Below, piece by piece: positions 1 through 7,498 of a stretch of 50,611 nt of DNA. The translations under genes were made by a program, and so were the position numbers. The stretch's first letter is position 1, and every line of letters starts with the position of its first letter. The DNA is from a virus (taxonomy: Duplodnaviria; Heunggongvirae; Uroviricota; Caudoviricetes): positions 1 through 50,611 of IMG/VR virus record IMGVR_UViG_3300010234_000001. One strand, written 5' to 3'. The notes beneath the pieces were generated by a model, which saw only the letters and a list, made by a program, of their open reading frames with translations, did not search any database and was not told the DNA's origin.

Positions 1-55
1 GAAGTCAAGAAAATTCCCCTAGAGGCACTTGACAGCCACCTAGAAATGGGTTATC
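1..55 (+). repeat. 55-nt perfect direct repeat, copy 1 (copy 2 at 1410..1464)
   Basis: gaagtcaagaaaattcccctagaggcacttgacagccacctagaaatgggttatc occurs at both positions. Confidence 0.95.
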
Positions 56-72
56 GTAGGGGGCGAAAATAG
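1..72 (+). CDS. 3' end of an upstream GIY-YIG homing endonuclease paralog (partial, runs off the window)
   Basis: Frame 1 reads EVKKIPLEALDSHLEMGYRRGRK*, nearly identical to the C-terminus of 852..1481. Confidence 0.8.
   Translation, partial: EVKKIPLEALDSHLEMGYRRGRK
29..57 (+). promoter_or_regulatory. sigma70-like early promoter embedded in the endonuclease 3' end
   Basis: TTGACA-N17-TATCGT. Confidence 0.6.
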
Positions 73-93
73 ACAAAAGGAAAGGATTATATC

Positions 94-285
94 ATGGTTT
101 CAATCATCGGAAAAGATGAAAGTGTTGCACGCGATGCTACGTGTAAGAATTGCGGATCGATTCTTCGTTATCTTAAGCATGATGTGCAAGAAGGCAAATC
201 GTATGATTATGGTGGCGGATGTGATATAGTCCACTGGATCAATTGTCCGGGATGCGGATCGGAAATTAGTGTTGGACGCTGGTAA
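94..285 (+). CDS. small Zn-ribbon protein
   Basis: CKNC...CPGC, AAGGA SD; resembles 3149..3382. Confidence 0.75.
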   Translation: MVSIIGKDESVARDATCKNCGSILRYLKHDVQEGKSYDYGGGCDIVHWINCPGCGSEISVGRW

Positions 286-458
286 TGATTACAAATTCAC
301 ATCGGCTCGTTCATCCACGGGAATACAGTCAAATCGTAGCAAAGGAATTTGGTTGGAAGTGTGAAACTTGTGACCAATACACGGAAGAGAAACCGTATTG
401 TTCCTATTGTGCAATGTATTGGAAAGATGTATCGGAAGGATTATTTGACGATGAATGA
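285..458 (+). CDS. small CxxC/CxxC protein (57 aa, absent from the ORF track)
   Basis: TAATG overlap with the upstream stop; MITNSHRL...CETC...CSYC...GLFDDE*. Confidence 0.65.
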   Translation: MITNSHRLVHPREYSQIVAKEFGWKCETCDQYTEEKPYCSYCAMYWKDVSEGLFDDE

Positions 459-624
459 ATACATTATATTATGTCGCAACCCAAGTACGGGTAACGTACT
501 TGCAATCGAGGATGAAAACAATCATATTCATGTGTTTAAAAGCTATGAAGAAGTGGATGATTTTATTGAACTTGATCATCCACTAATATCAGCTTGGGAA
601 TATCAAATAGTTGAAATTGAGTAA
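451..624 (+). CDS. hypothetical protein (57 aa)
   Basis: ATG 451 overlaps the previous gene end, AAGGA upstream; in frame with track ORF 349..624. Confidence 0.65.
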   Translation: MNEYIILCRNPSTGNVLAIEDENNHIHVFKSYEEVDDFIELDHPLISAWEYQIVEIE

Positions 625-629
625 AAAAA

Positions 630-708
630 GCCCCTATGGACAAAAGAGGAAAAGTCGGCAGACTTAAAATCTGCGCATCTGTAGGTTCGAGTCCTACTAG
701 GGGCACCA
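630..708 (+). tRNA. tRNA-Leu(UAA) with a short variable region
   Basis: Acceptor gccccta/taggggc+ACCA; anticodon arm gcaga-ctTAAaa-tctgc; T arm gtagg-TTCGAGT-cctac. Confidence 0.9.
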
Positions 709-716
709 AATTATAA

Positions 717-790
717 TCTCGGTGGCAGGCTGGTGGTTTGAAGGCGTCTTATAAGCGTCTTAAAGATGGGTTCAATTCCCATACCGAGTA
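717..790 (+). tRNA. tRNA-Ile(UAU), atypical; no encoded CCA
   Basis: Acceptor ctcggt/accgag; anticodon arm ggcgt-ctTATaa-gcgtc; T arm atggg-TTCAATT-cccat. Confidence 0.75.
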
Positions 791-794
791 CATC

Positions 795-846
795 GAAATC
801 TCCGGATGTATAAATAGTCTATAATGGGCTAACATTCGGAGATTTC
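795..846 (+). promoter_or_regulatory. T4-type late promoter within an RBS-sequestering hairpin
   Basis: TATAAATA 809-816; arms gaaatctccggatgt 795-809 and acattcggagatttc 832-846, the latter containing GGAG. Confidence 0.8.
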
Positions 847-851
847 CTAAC

Positions 852-1481
852 TTGTTCTATACTGTATATAAAATAACTAATAATATCAACGGCAAATATT
901 ATATCGGCAAACATCAGACTAAAGACCTTGATGATGAATACATGGGTTCCGGTAAACTATTGAAACATGCTATTAACAAGTATGGTATCGAAAATTTTAA
1001 CAAAGAAATACTTCATGTATTTGATAATGTAGAGGAAATGAATGCCCGAGAAGCAGAACTTGTTATTGTATCTGAAGGCACATATAATTTATGCGAAGGT
1101 GGACAGGGGGGATTTGGGTATATTAATCAAAGTCGTTCTTCTGAAAATAGAAGAAACTCAATACTATTAAAAATGCGACAAGATAAAAATTATAAAGAAA
1201 CATGTTCCAAATCATTAATTGAATTTAATAAGAAACCGTCTAATAATGCTAAAATAGTTAGATCAAAAAATATGACATTGTGGAATAAAAATAATAAAAA
1301 TCCAATGTCGGGAAAAAAACATTCTACAAAAACTAAAAATTTAATGGCTGATAAGAAAATTGGTAAAAATAATCCATCTTTTGGCACTTGCTGGATAACA
1401 AATGGAAATGAAGTCAAGAAAATTCCCCTAGAGGCACTTGACAGCCACCTAGAAATGGGTTATCATAAGGGACGAAAGTAA
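852..1481 (+). CDS. free-standing GIY-YIG (seg-like) homing endonuclease with NUMOD3-like segment
   Basis: YTVYKITN..NGKYYIGKH, YMGSG, E..YN..GG motifs; NPMSGKKHSTKTK; AT-rich; TTG start. Confidence 0.9.
   Translation: MFYTVYKITNNINGKYYIGKHQTKDLDDEYMGSGKLLKHAINKYGIENFNKEILHVFDNVEEMNAREAELVIVSEGTYNLCEGGQGGFGYINQSRSSENRRNSILLKMRQDKNYKETCSKSLIEFNKKPSNNAKIVRSKNMTLWNKNNKNPMSGKKHSTKTKNLMADKKIGKNNPSFGTCWITNGNEVKKIPLEALDSHLEMGYHKGRK
1438..1466 (+). promoter_or_regulatory. sigma70-like early promoter embedded in the endonuclease 3' end
   Basis: TTGACA-N17-TATCAT. Confidence 0.7.
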
Positions 1482-1497
1482 AAAAAGGAACGATGAA

Positions 1498-1995
1498 ATG
1501 ACACAGCAACATCACGTTTTTGATCTGGAACAAGTTAAGAACTATATTGGTTCTTCTTCCAGTGAAACTAAGATTTACCTAGGTTCGGACTCCGAGCGTT
1601 TCCGCAAGGATGGCGTTTGGCATGCCCGTTACACGACCGTTGTTGTTGTACACATCGATGGTTGTCATGGTTGCCGTATCTTCGGCAAGAGTGAAGTCGA
1701 AAGAGACTTTGATGCAAAGAAGGATAAGCCTTCGATGCGATTGATGAACGAAGTCTACAAGGTCTCACAGATGTTCATCGACCTACAGGAAGTTCTTGAG
1801 GATCGTTACGTCGAAGTCCATATTGACATTAACGGTCAAAAGGAACACGGCTCCAACGTGGTCATGTCGCAAGCTATTGGTTACGTCAAGGGTATGACCG
1901 GTCTAACGCCGAAGATCAAGCCGGAAGCTTTCGCAGCTTCATACGCGGCTGATCGTGGTCCGCGTATTTGGGAAGACGAAAGAAAGGCCGCTTAA
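1498..1995 (+). CDS. RNase H-like (YkuK-type) protein
   Basis: IYLGSDS, RLMNEV, EVHIDIN, KPEAFAASYAAD motifs. Confidence 0.75.
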   Translation: MTQQHHVFDLEQVKNYIGSSSSETKIYLGSDSERFRKDGVWHARYTTVVVVHIDGCHGCRIFGKSEVERDFDAKKDKPSMRLMNEVYKVSQMFIDLQEVLEDRYVEVHIDINGQKEHGSNVVMSQAIGYVKGMTGLTPKIKPEAFAASYAADRGPRIWEDERKAA

Positions 1996-1997
1996 AT

Positions 1998-2327
1998 ATG
2001 CGATCATACGGTTATAAATTGAGTGCGGTCATTGATAAAGTTGTACTTTATCGAAGCCAGTCCTTTCCTAATGCAAAGAAGTGTTTCGCCGTCCATTACT
2101 TCTTCAAGGACGGCGAAAACATCATGGGTGGTTATTTGATGCTTGTTAATCCCAAAAAATGGGATTGGGCAGTATTCCAAGGAAAGGTTATATCGCAAAC
2201 CGGCGATAGATATCATCCAACTATGGATGAGGCTCTTACAAGCCTGATTAATGAAACTACGGATGATGATTCGAACGATTTGGATGGAACTGCAAAGCTT
2301 GTAAAGAATAAGGAAATTCGTTCTTGA
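1998..2327 (+). CDS. hypothetical protein
   Basis: ORF tightly packed in the operon. Confidence 0.6.
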   Translation: MRSYGYKLSAVIDKVVLYRSQSFPNAKKCFAVHYFFKDGENIMGGYLMLVNPKKWDWAVFQGKVISQTGDRYHPTMDEALTSLINETTDDDSNDLDGTAKLVKNKEIRS

Positions 2328-2752
2328 TGAGAATTGAAGAATTTTGTTATACCAAAAAGGATTTTAATCTTGATTGGTTTTCCGGTACTGGCGCTGGTGG
2401 GCAACACCGCAACAAACACCAAAACTGTTTAAGATTAACCCATATTCCTAGCGGAATTACTGTAACCGCAAGTGATAATCGTGATCGTGTTTCCAATCAA
2501 CGAATTGCTTTTGAAAGACTGAAAGAGCAATTGGAACCTTGGATTAAACGGCAATTATCAAGTTTTGAGGTTCCTAGGTCAAATGAGACCATAAGAACGT
2601 ACAACGAAGCGAAAAATTATGTAAAGGATCATGCCTCCGGGGAAAAAATTCCGTATAAAGAGCTTGACAAGCGCTTCGGGGACATGATAGGATACAGACA
2701 TCAATGGAGAGTTGGCAGAGCGGCCTATCGCGACGGTTTGCTAAATCGTTGA
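2324..2752 (+). CDS. truncated class-1 release-factor-like peptidyl-tRNA hydrolase (GGQ domain); 3' end overlaps tRNA-Ser
   Basis: SGTGAGGQHRNK..CLRLTHIPSGITV and IRTYN...VKDH.SG; no N-terminal RF domains. Confidence 0.85.
   Translation: MMRIEEFCYTKKDFNLDWFSGTGAGGQHRNKHQNCLRLTHIPSGITVTASDNRDRVSNQRIAFERLKEQLEPWIKRQLSSFEVPRSNETIRTYNEAKNYVKDHASGEKIPYKELDKRFGDMIGYRHQWRVGRAAYRDGLLNR
2664..2693 (+). promoter_or_regulatory. early promoter inside the RF-like gene, just upstream of tRNA-Ser
   Basis: TTGACA-N18-TAGGAT with the CATG element seen in other promoters of this window. Confidence 0.55.
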
Positions 2753-2795
2753 GCCTTAACGGGTTCCGGGGGTTCGAATCCCTCACTCTCCGCCA
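2706..2795 (+). tRNA. tRNA-Ser(GCU)
   Basis: ggagagt/actctcc+GCCA; anticodon arm acggt-ttGCTaa-atcgt; long variable arm; TTCGAAT T loop. Confidence 0.95.
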
Positions 2796-2828
2796 CTACT
2801 TTTAACATGTACCCGTGAAAGGAAGATC

Positions 2829-3152
2829 ATGTCGATTATTGAAAAACTTCAAAACCTAATGGATAGAAATCCGGAATTTAAAAAAGACATTTTAAATATG
2901 CATGAGGCATACGTTGTCGAAATGCGTAGGCAACTTGACGTGCCCGATGACTGGTCATACACTCGTCAGAGAATGATCAAAAAGGATTGGGACAAACTTG
3001 TCGATATCCTTGGCGAACAGGATATTCGGGTTGTTTCCGGCAACAGCTTCCATTTCGATAAAGATATGAATGTCATATACGAAATGTCATATTTTTATTC
3101 CCCCGAAGCCCGAAATCGGGCAATTCTAAAACAACAGGAGCTTGGAATATGA
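2829..3152 (+). CDS. hypothetical protein
   Basis: AAGGAAG SD, ORF. Confidence 0.7.
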   Translation: MSIIEKLQNLMDRNPEFKKDILNMHEAYVVEMRRQLDVPDDWSYTRQRMIKKDWDKLVDILGEQDIRVVSGNSFHFDKDMNVIYEMSYFYSPEARNRAILKQQELGI

Positions 3153-3382
3153 ATATTCTTAAGAAGGGTACAATTCCGGAAGAACTTTTCTACTATGGTA
3201 AATGTTATAATTGTCATACTGAAGTAGAATTTAAGCAGAAAGAAGCAAAACTTACCGCTACTCCAAGGGATGGAGATTTACTTTCTGTAAATTGTCCAGT
3301 ATGTAAAATTAAAGACATATATTCGAATGCATGGTCCGGTTATACTCCAAGCAAAATGTTAAGTAGTCATGGCAACGTATGA
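3149..3382 (+). CDS. small Zn-ribbon protein
   Basis: CYNC...CPVC; ATGA overlap. Confidence 0.7.
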   Translation: MNILKKGTIPEELFYYGKCYNCHTEVEFKQKEAKLTATPRDGDLLSVNCPVCKIKDIYSNAWSGYTPSKMLSSHGNV

Positions 3383-3863
3383 TTTTGGCGGTGGTTGCGC
3401 TTGCGGGCTTGTTAGGTGGTGTAGTTGTAAAAGCTGGTCTCAATCCGATGGGGAAAACTACGAGTTATTTAAACGCCGCATAGCGGCGGGTGAAACACCG
3501 CCCGAAGGCATGTTCAATCCTGTTGAGTATAGAATGGAACAAAAAAGGTTGAATATCATGGAAAAAAAGAAAATTAATCTTGTTCCGGAAATTAAATTTG
3601 AATGGTTCTGGAATCAGGATGATCAAGCGGAAGAATTACGTCAAAGCGGTTACGAACTTGGCCCGATTGTGGCATTTATTTCAACTGTTACAAATCCATT
3701 AACCAACAATGATGATACAATCAGTATTGCTTTCTTTGTTGAAGATGATGCCGGATATATTGAATATTTCGGTTGGGATGAAGATTATCTGGAATTGAAA
3801 AAGAAAGTGGAAACCGAAGTTAAAGATAGAATTGATGATGGAGTGAAGGTGATATTCAAATGA
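3369..3863 (+). CDS. hypothetical protein with a Cys-rich N-terminus
   Basis: ORF with GGGCACG..CSC. Confidence 0.6.
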   Translation: MATYDFGGGCACGLVRWCSCKSWSQSDGENYELFKRRIAAGETPPEGMFNPVEYRMEQKRLNIMEKKKINLVPEIKFEWFWNQDDQAEELRQSGYELGPIVAFISTVTNPLTNNDDTISIAFFVEDDAGYIEYFGWDEDYLELKKKVETEVKDRIDDGVKVIFK

Positions 3864-4132
3864 GACAAGTTATATGGAGTCAACAAACCGCCACATCGTG
3901 GATCGCAACGGAATATGGTGTTCCGTTTGATATATCAGTACAGCACGCCGTCATATTTGCCATAGATCATCCATTCACCGAAAAGGTTATGTATACCGGA
4001 CTCTGGTTGGATAACGATGATATTTTATGGGAAAATGGTCCAATTTGCGATGAAAAATCATTGCCTTTGGCCTATGATTGTGTTAACGTTGAATTACAAA
4101 GAATTGGATTAGGGGAAGTGAAATATGGCTAA
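3860..4132 (+). CDS. hypothetical protein
   Basis: ATGA overlap. Confidence 0.65.
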   Translation: MRQVIWSQQTATSWIATEYGVPFDISVQHAVIFAIDHPFTEKVMYTGLWLDNDDILWENGPICDEKSLPLAYDCVNVELQRIGLGEVKYG

Positions 4133-4760
4133 GGACATTTGGATAATTTCGGATACCCACTTCGGTCACACAAACTTTTTAAAGTTTCGTGACAGCAACG
4201 ATAATTTGATTCGACCATTCTTCACTGTTGATGATATGGACGAATATATGGTCACCAAGTGGAATGAAATAATCAAGCCACACGACAAGGTATACCATCT
4301 TGGCGACGTGTTCTTTGGTAATGCAGACAAGGCGGAAAAAATCCTCGCGAGACTGCATGGTAAGAAGAGATTACTTCTTGGTAATCACGATATTCTGGAG
4401 AAGACTTTTGAGCATATGCCGGAATTCTCTTCGGGATGGACAGTTAAGGATAGTGTCCTTCGTTTCCATTTCGAAAAGATCATGCTTTGGCGTCCATTCG
4501 GGAAAGAGAAGATTATGCTTTCCCATATTCCGCTAAGGAAGGACCAGATGGGGCATGACGCCGGGGAATTTAACTCGGACGATCCGGATGCGCAAGCAAA
4601 GTTTTTTAAGAATTTCGTTCTGAATGTGCATGGTCATATTCATCATCAGGTTATCGATGAGCCGGAATATTACAATGCGTGCGTGGAGCACCACGACTAT
4701 TCACCCATTCACCTTGACACGCTGATAGCGGAGCGAAATAAAAGGGCTGGCGGGGGTTGA
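4125..4760 (+). CDS. calcineurin-like metallophosphoesterase
   Basis: SDTHFGH, HLGD, GNHD, SHIP, HGHIH motifs. Confidence 0.9.
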   Translation: MAKDIWIISDTHFGHTNFLKFRDSNDNLIRPFFTVDDMDEYMVTKWNEIIKPHDKVYHLGDVFFGNADKAEKILARLHGKKRLLLGNHDILEKTFEHMPEFSSGWTVKDSVLRFHFEKIMLWRPFGKEKIMLSHIPLRKDQMGHDAGEFNSDDPDAQAKFFKNFVLNVHGHIHHQVIDEPEYYNACVEHHDYSPIHLDTLIAERNKRAGGG

Positions 4761-4785
4761 CATCCCCCTACCGGCATGGTAGAGT
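4757..4785 (+). promoter_or_regulatory. early promoter
   Basis: TTGACA-N17-TAGAGT with TG extension. Confidence 0.7.
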
Positions 4786-4818
4786 GTACTCACATGATAA
4801 GAATTGAAAGGATATAAC

Positions 4819-5079
4819 ATGTCAAAACAGGTTAAACTAGTAATTGATAATACCTTCCTTAAGGCACTTAAGGTTGCAGCGACTGTTGTCGGGGTGTGTG
4901 TTCTGATTGGAACGCTGCTATTGATAGCACCCATGTATCCAATAGTCGGATTGTTCGTGGTTATCGGTATTATCTTCATAACGCTTGTTTGGTTCCTTTG
5001 GAACGTAAACGACAATAACATCAACAAGCCATGGATGTTCGTGCCATGGAAGTTCGAAGAGGTTGATAAAGATGAGTAA
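4819..5079 (+). CDS. small 2-TM membrane protein (paralog 1)
   Basis: Two hydrophobic helices; MSKQVKLVI start, AAGGA SD. Confidence 0.7.
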   Translation: MSKQVKLVIDNTFLKALKVAATVVGVCVLIGTLLLIAPMYPIVGLFVVIGIIFITLVWFLWNVNDNNINKPWMFVPWKFEEVDKDE

Positions 5080-5362
5080 CGTGCAGATTAAGATTCATCC
5101 GGCCGCAATCGAAGGATTGAAATCCGGATTTAAGATAATTGGAGCACTTGTGGCAGTCGCGCTGACAGCATTATTCCTTGTCTGGCTGGCGACATTAAAT
5201 ATCGCCCTTACGGTTGGAATCTTGTTCATCATATTTTTGGGGGGAATATTACTCATATCCATTAGTGATGCGATGGATTCGCATAATGTTTTTAAGCCCG
5301 GTCCCTACCTTGGCAAAGAGAAGGCATTTACTTTTGTGCGAAAGGAAGATGAAGATGAGTGA
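5072..5362 (+). CDS. small 2-TM membrane protein (paralog 2)
   Basis: Two hydrophobic helices; MSNVQIKI start. Confidence 0.7.
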   Translation: MSNVQIKIHPAAIEGLKSGFKIIGALVAVALTALFLVWLATLNIALTVGILFIIFLGGILLISISDAMDSHNVFKPGPYLGKEKAFTFVRKEDEDE

Positions 5363-5633
5363 AAAGGTTAAGCTGGTAATCAACTCGTATCTGATTGATG
5401 CAATCAAGGAAACGTTTAAGATTTTGTTGATTATCGTGATTAGTGGGAGTCTATTGATTCTCACATCAATAATATTCGTATCCTTGCTTATTCATTTTTG
5501 GCCTCTGGCGATTGTGTTCATGATATTGATCATTGGCGTATTCATCGCGTGGATGCACTTCGTCTTGACTGCCCCTTCGTATAACACATGGCTATTCAGA
5601 TTTGAGAAGGTAAAAGATGATGAAACCGATTGA
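5355..5633 (+). CDS. small 2-TM membrane protein (paralog 3)
   Basis: MSEKVKLVI start, two hydrophobic helices. Confidence 0.7.
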   Translation: MSEKVKLVINSYLIDAIKETFKILLIIVISGSLLILTSIIFVSLLIHFWPLAIVFMILIIGVFIAWMHFVLTAPSYNTWLFRFEKVKDDETD

Positions 5634-6063
5634 TGCTATAATCTTTGATATTGATGGTACGTTGCTGGACAACAGTCACCGTCTCCATCACATCAAAGAA
5701 AAGCCGAAGGACTGGCTTACATACGTTGCCGAATTGGATAATGATACACCAATCCCGGAAACAGTAGAATTGCTTGAATTGCTCATGGAGCAAGGATACG
5801 CGATTATTCTTAGCACCGGTCGCAAAGAATCGGAGCGGGAAGGTACCGAAGCCGTTTTTGAGCGATACGGAATTGAATTCGATGAGCTTTACATGCGTCC
5901 GAACGGTGATAATCGCCGGGATGATATACTGAAGCAGGAAAACTTGGATAAAATCAAGCTTGTTTATAAACCAATAATGGTGTTTGAAGATCGAACGCGA
6001 TGCTCGGAAATGTATCGCAATAATGGTCTTAAATGCTATCAGATAGCAAAAGGGGATTTTTGA
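5617..6063 (+). CDS. HAD-family phosphatase resembling the PseT/PNK 3'-phosphatase domain, stand-alone
   Basis: IIFDIDGTL, STGR, LYMRP.GD.R.D...K, VFEDR motifs. Confidence 0.85.
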   Translation: MMKPIDAIIFDIDGTLLDNSHRLHHIKEKPKDWLTYVAELDNDTPIPETVELLELLMEQGYAIILSTGRKESEREGTEAVFERYGIEFDELYMRPNGDNRRDDILKQENLDKIKLVYKPIMVFEDRTRCSEMYRNNGLKCYQIAKGDF

Positions 6064-6064
6064 T

Positions 6065-6334
6065 ATGATTAATAATTTTTTCGATTCATTGGATGATATT
6101 GTTGAGAATGAATTCAATGGTCACCTCATGGGGTATGTTATTGTCCTAGGAATGTGGACCATTGTAGCCGGTATAATATTGTCATTCATTGCTCTAGCAA
6201 TTGCCGCGATAATTTTACATGCGGCATGGTTGACAATTCCCATTGGTGCATTCGTTGCTTTGGTGCTCTTCGCATACTATCGCAAGCGGATTAATTTTAG
6301 AGTGAGCGTGGACGATGAAAAAGATTCTAGCTAA
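6065..6334 (+). CDS. small 2-TM membrane protein
   Basis: Hydrophobic stretches. Confidence 0.7.
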   Translation: MINNFFDSLDDIVENEFNGHLMGYVIVLGMWTIVAGIILSFIALAIAAIILHAAWLTIPIGAFVALVLFAYYRKRINFRVSVDDEKDSS

Positions 6335-6569
6335 ATTCTATGATTCATATAAGTTTATCGCGTCGGATGGGGAGAAATATCTTCCCCCGTTCGTCATTCA
6401 TCTGATGCTTTCCGGGGCAATTATTTCGACGCTGATTATCATTGCCGCATTGATCTTCGGAATCGTCAACTCGCCAATTGTGATCATATTCCTTTTCATT
6501 GTTTTTGGTGGCGGATTGTTTAGTTATTGGAAAATGCATGGACATCTTAAGATATGGAAGAGAGAATAA
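6315..6569 (+). CDS. small 2-TM membrane protein
   Basis: Hydrophobic stretches. Confidence 0.7.
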   Translation: MKKILAKFYDSYKFIASDGEKYLPPFVIHLMLSGAIISTLIIIAALIFGIVNSPIVIIFLFIVFGGGLFSYWKMHGHLKIWKRE

Positions 6570-6572
6570 TAT

Positions 6573-7154
6573 ATGACGAATGCTTACCAAAATATTATTG
6601 AAGAACTGGAAGGTCCAATTTGTTTTTCCGGTGGTTCTAAAGGGGCGGATACTGTTTTCACGTATTGCGCCGGATTGATTGGTCATTCCGCCATCAATTT
6701 TTCTTTCTTGAACCATAGCACGCCATGCCCGAAAGATACAATTATTATATTGAATCAGCATGAGCTTTCAATTGCGGACCCAAAACTTGAAGAAGCGAAT
6801 AAACTTCTTCGTCGTAAATACCCAACAAGATATGAATATGTCAACAATTTACTTCGCCGTAATTATTATCAAATAATTTACTCCGATAAGATTTTTGCCG
6901 TTACGCCAATCGAAAAGAATGGATTACCCGCTGGTGGAACCGGATGGACAATCGTATTGGGTGTATTGAGTGGAATTCAAGAGGTTTACGTATTTGACTG
7001 CAAGCAACAAAGCTGGTTTGAGAAACTGGAAGGAAAATGGCAATGGAAGCCAATTGAAACCCCACCAGTGCCCGATGGAAAATATACGGGAATTGGTAGT
7101 CACGAATTACCTGAAATGGGTAAAGATGCAATCCTAAAACTATATGGAGTATAG
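6573..7154 (+). CDS. SLOG-superfamily (DprA/YspA-like Rossmannoid) protein
   Basis: SGGSKGAD, LRRN, GGTGWT motifs. Confidence 0.6.
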   Translation: MTNAYQNIIEELEGPICFSGGSKGADTVFTYCAGLIGHSAINFSFLNHSTPCPKDTIIILNQHELSIADPKLEEANKLLRRKYPTRYEYVNNLLRRNYYQIIYSDKIFAVTPIEKNGLPAGGTGWTIVLGVLSGIQEVYVFDCKQQSWFEKLEGKWQWKPIETPPVPDGKYTGIGSHELPEMGKDAILKLYGV

Positions 7155-7157
7155 ATC

Positions 7158-7493
7158 ATGGGAATAAGAGCAACGGCTAATATTGGATTTGGTGTAGACC
7201 TTGGAAGCGAAGATGATTTTCTTAAAAGTCATGATGAAATGAATGAAATTGTAGATCGAACGTATTCATCCCCTATTATGGTTGTTACGCATGGTCATTA
7301 TGAATACCCATTTTACACGGCAATAATTTCCGAAACTTATGGTAATACCGGAGATTGGGGGGAATGTATTGATTTCGATTCCCTTGAAAAGCCAACCGAC
7401 GATAAAATCAAAATGTTGCTGGATTGGTGCAAAGAAAATGATTTTGAAATTGTTGATGAACCGTCATGGCTTGTTAGCGCATCATATGGATAA
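7158..7493 (+). CDS. hypothetical protein
   Basis: GGAG SD, ORF. Confidence 0.7.
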   Translation: MGIRATANIGFGVDLGSEDDFLKSHDEMNEIVDRTYSSPIMVVTHGHYEYPFYTAIISETYGNTGDWGECIDFDSLEKPTDDKIKMLLDWCKENDFEIVDEPSWLVSASYG

Positions 7494-7498
7494 AAATT

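Noticed and set aside
2324-2752. Calling the GGQ gene arfB or prfH
   Set aside because: It lacks the ArfB basic tail and the N-terminal portion of PrfH, and it retains the RF-type IRTYN..VKDH segment. No symbol assigned.
630-2795. Stop-codon reassignment suggested by tRNAs plus a release factor
   Set aside because: No suppressor anticodons; core genes are intact in the standard code and end in TAA, TGA and TAG.
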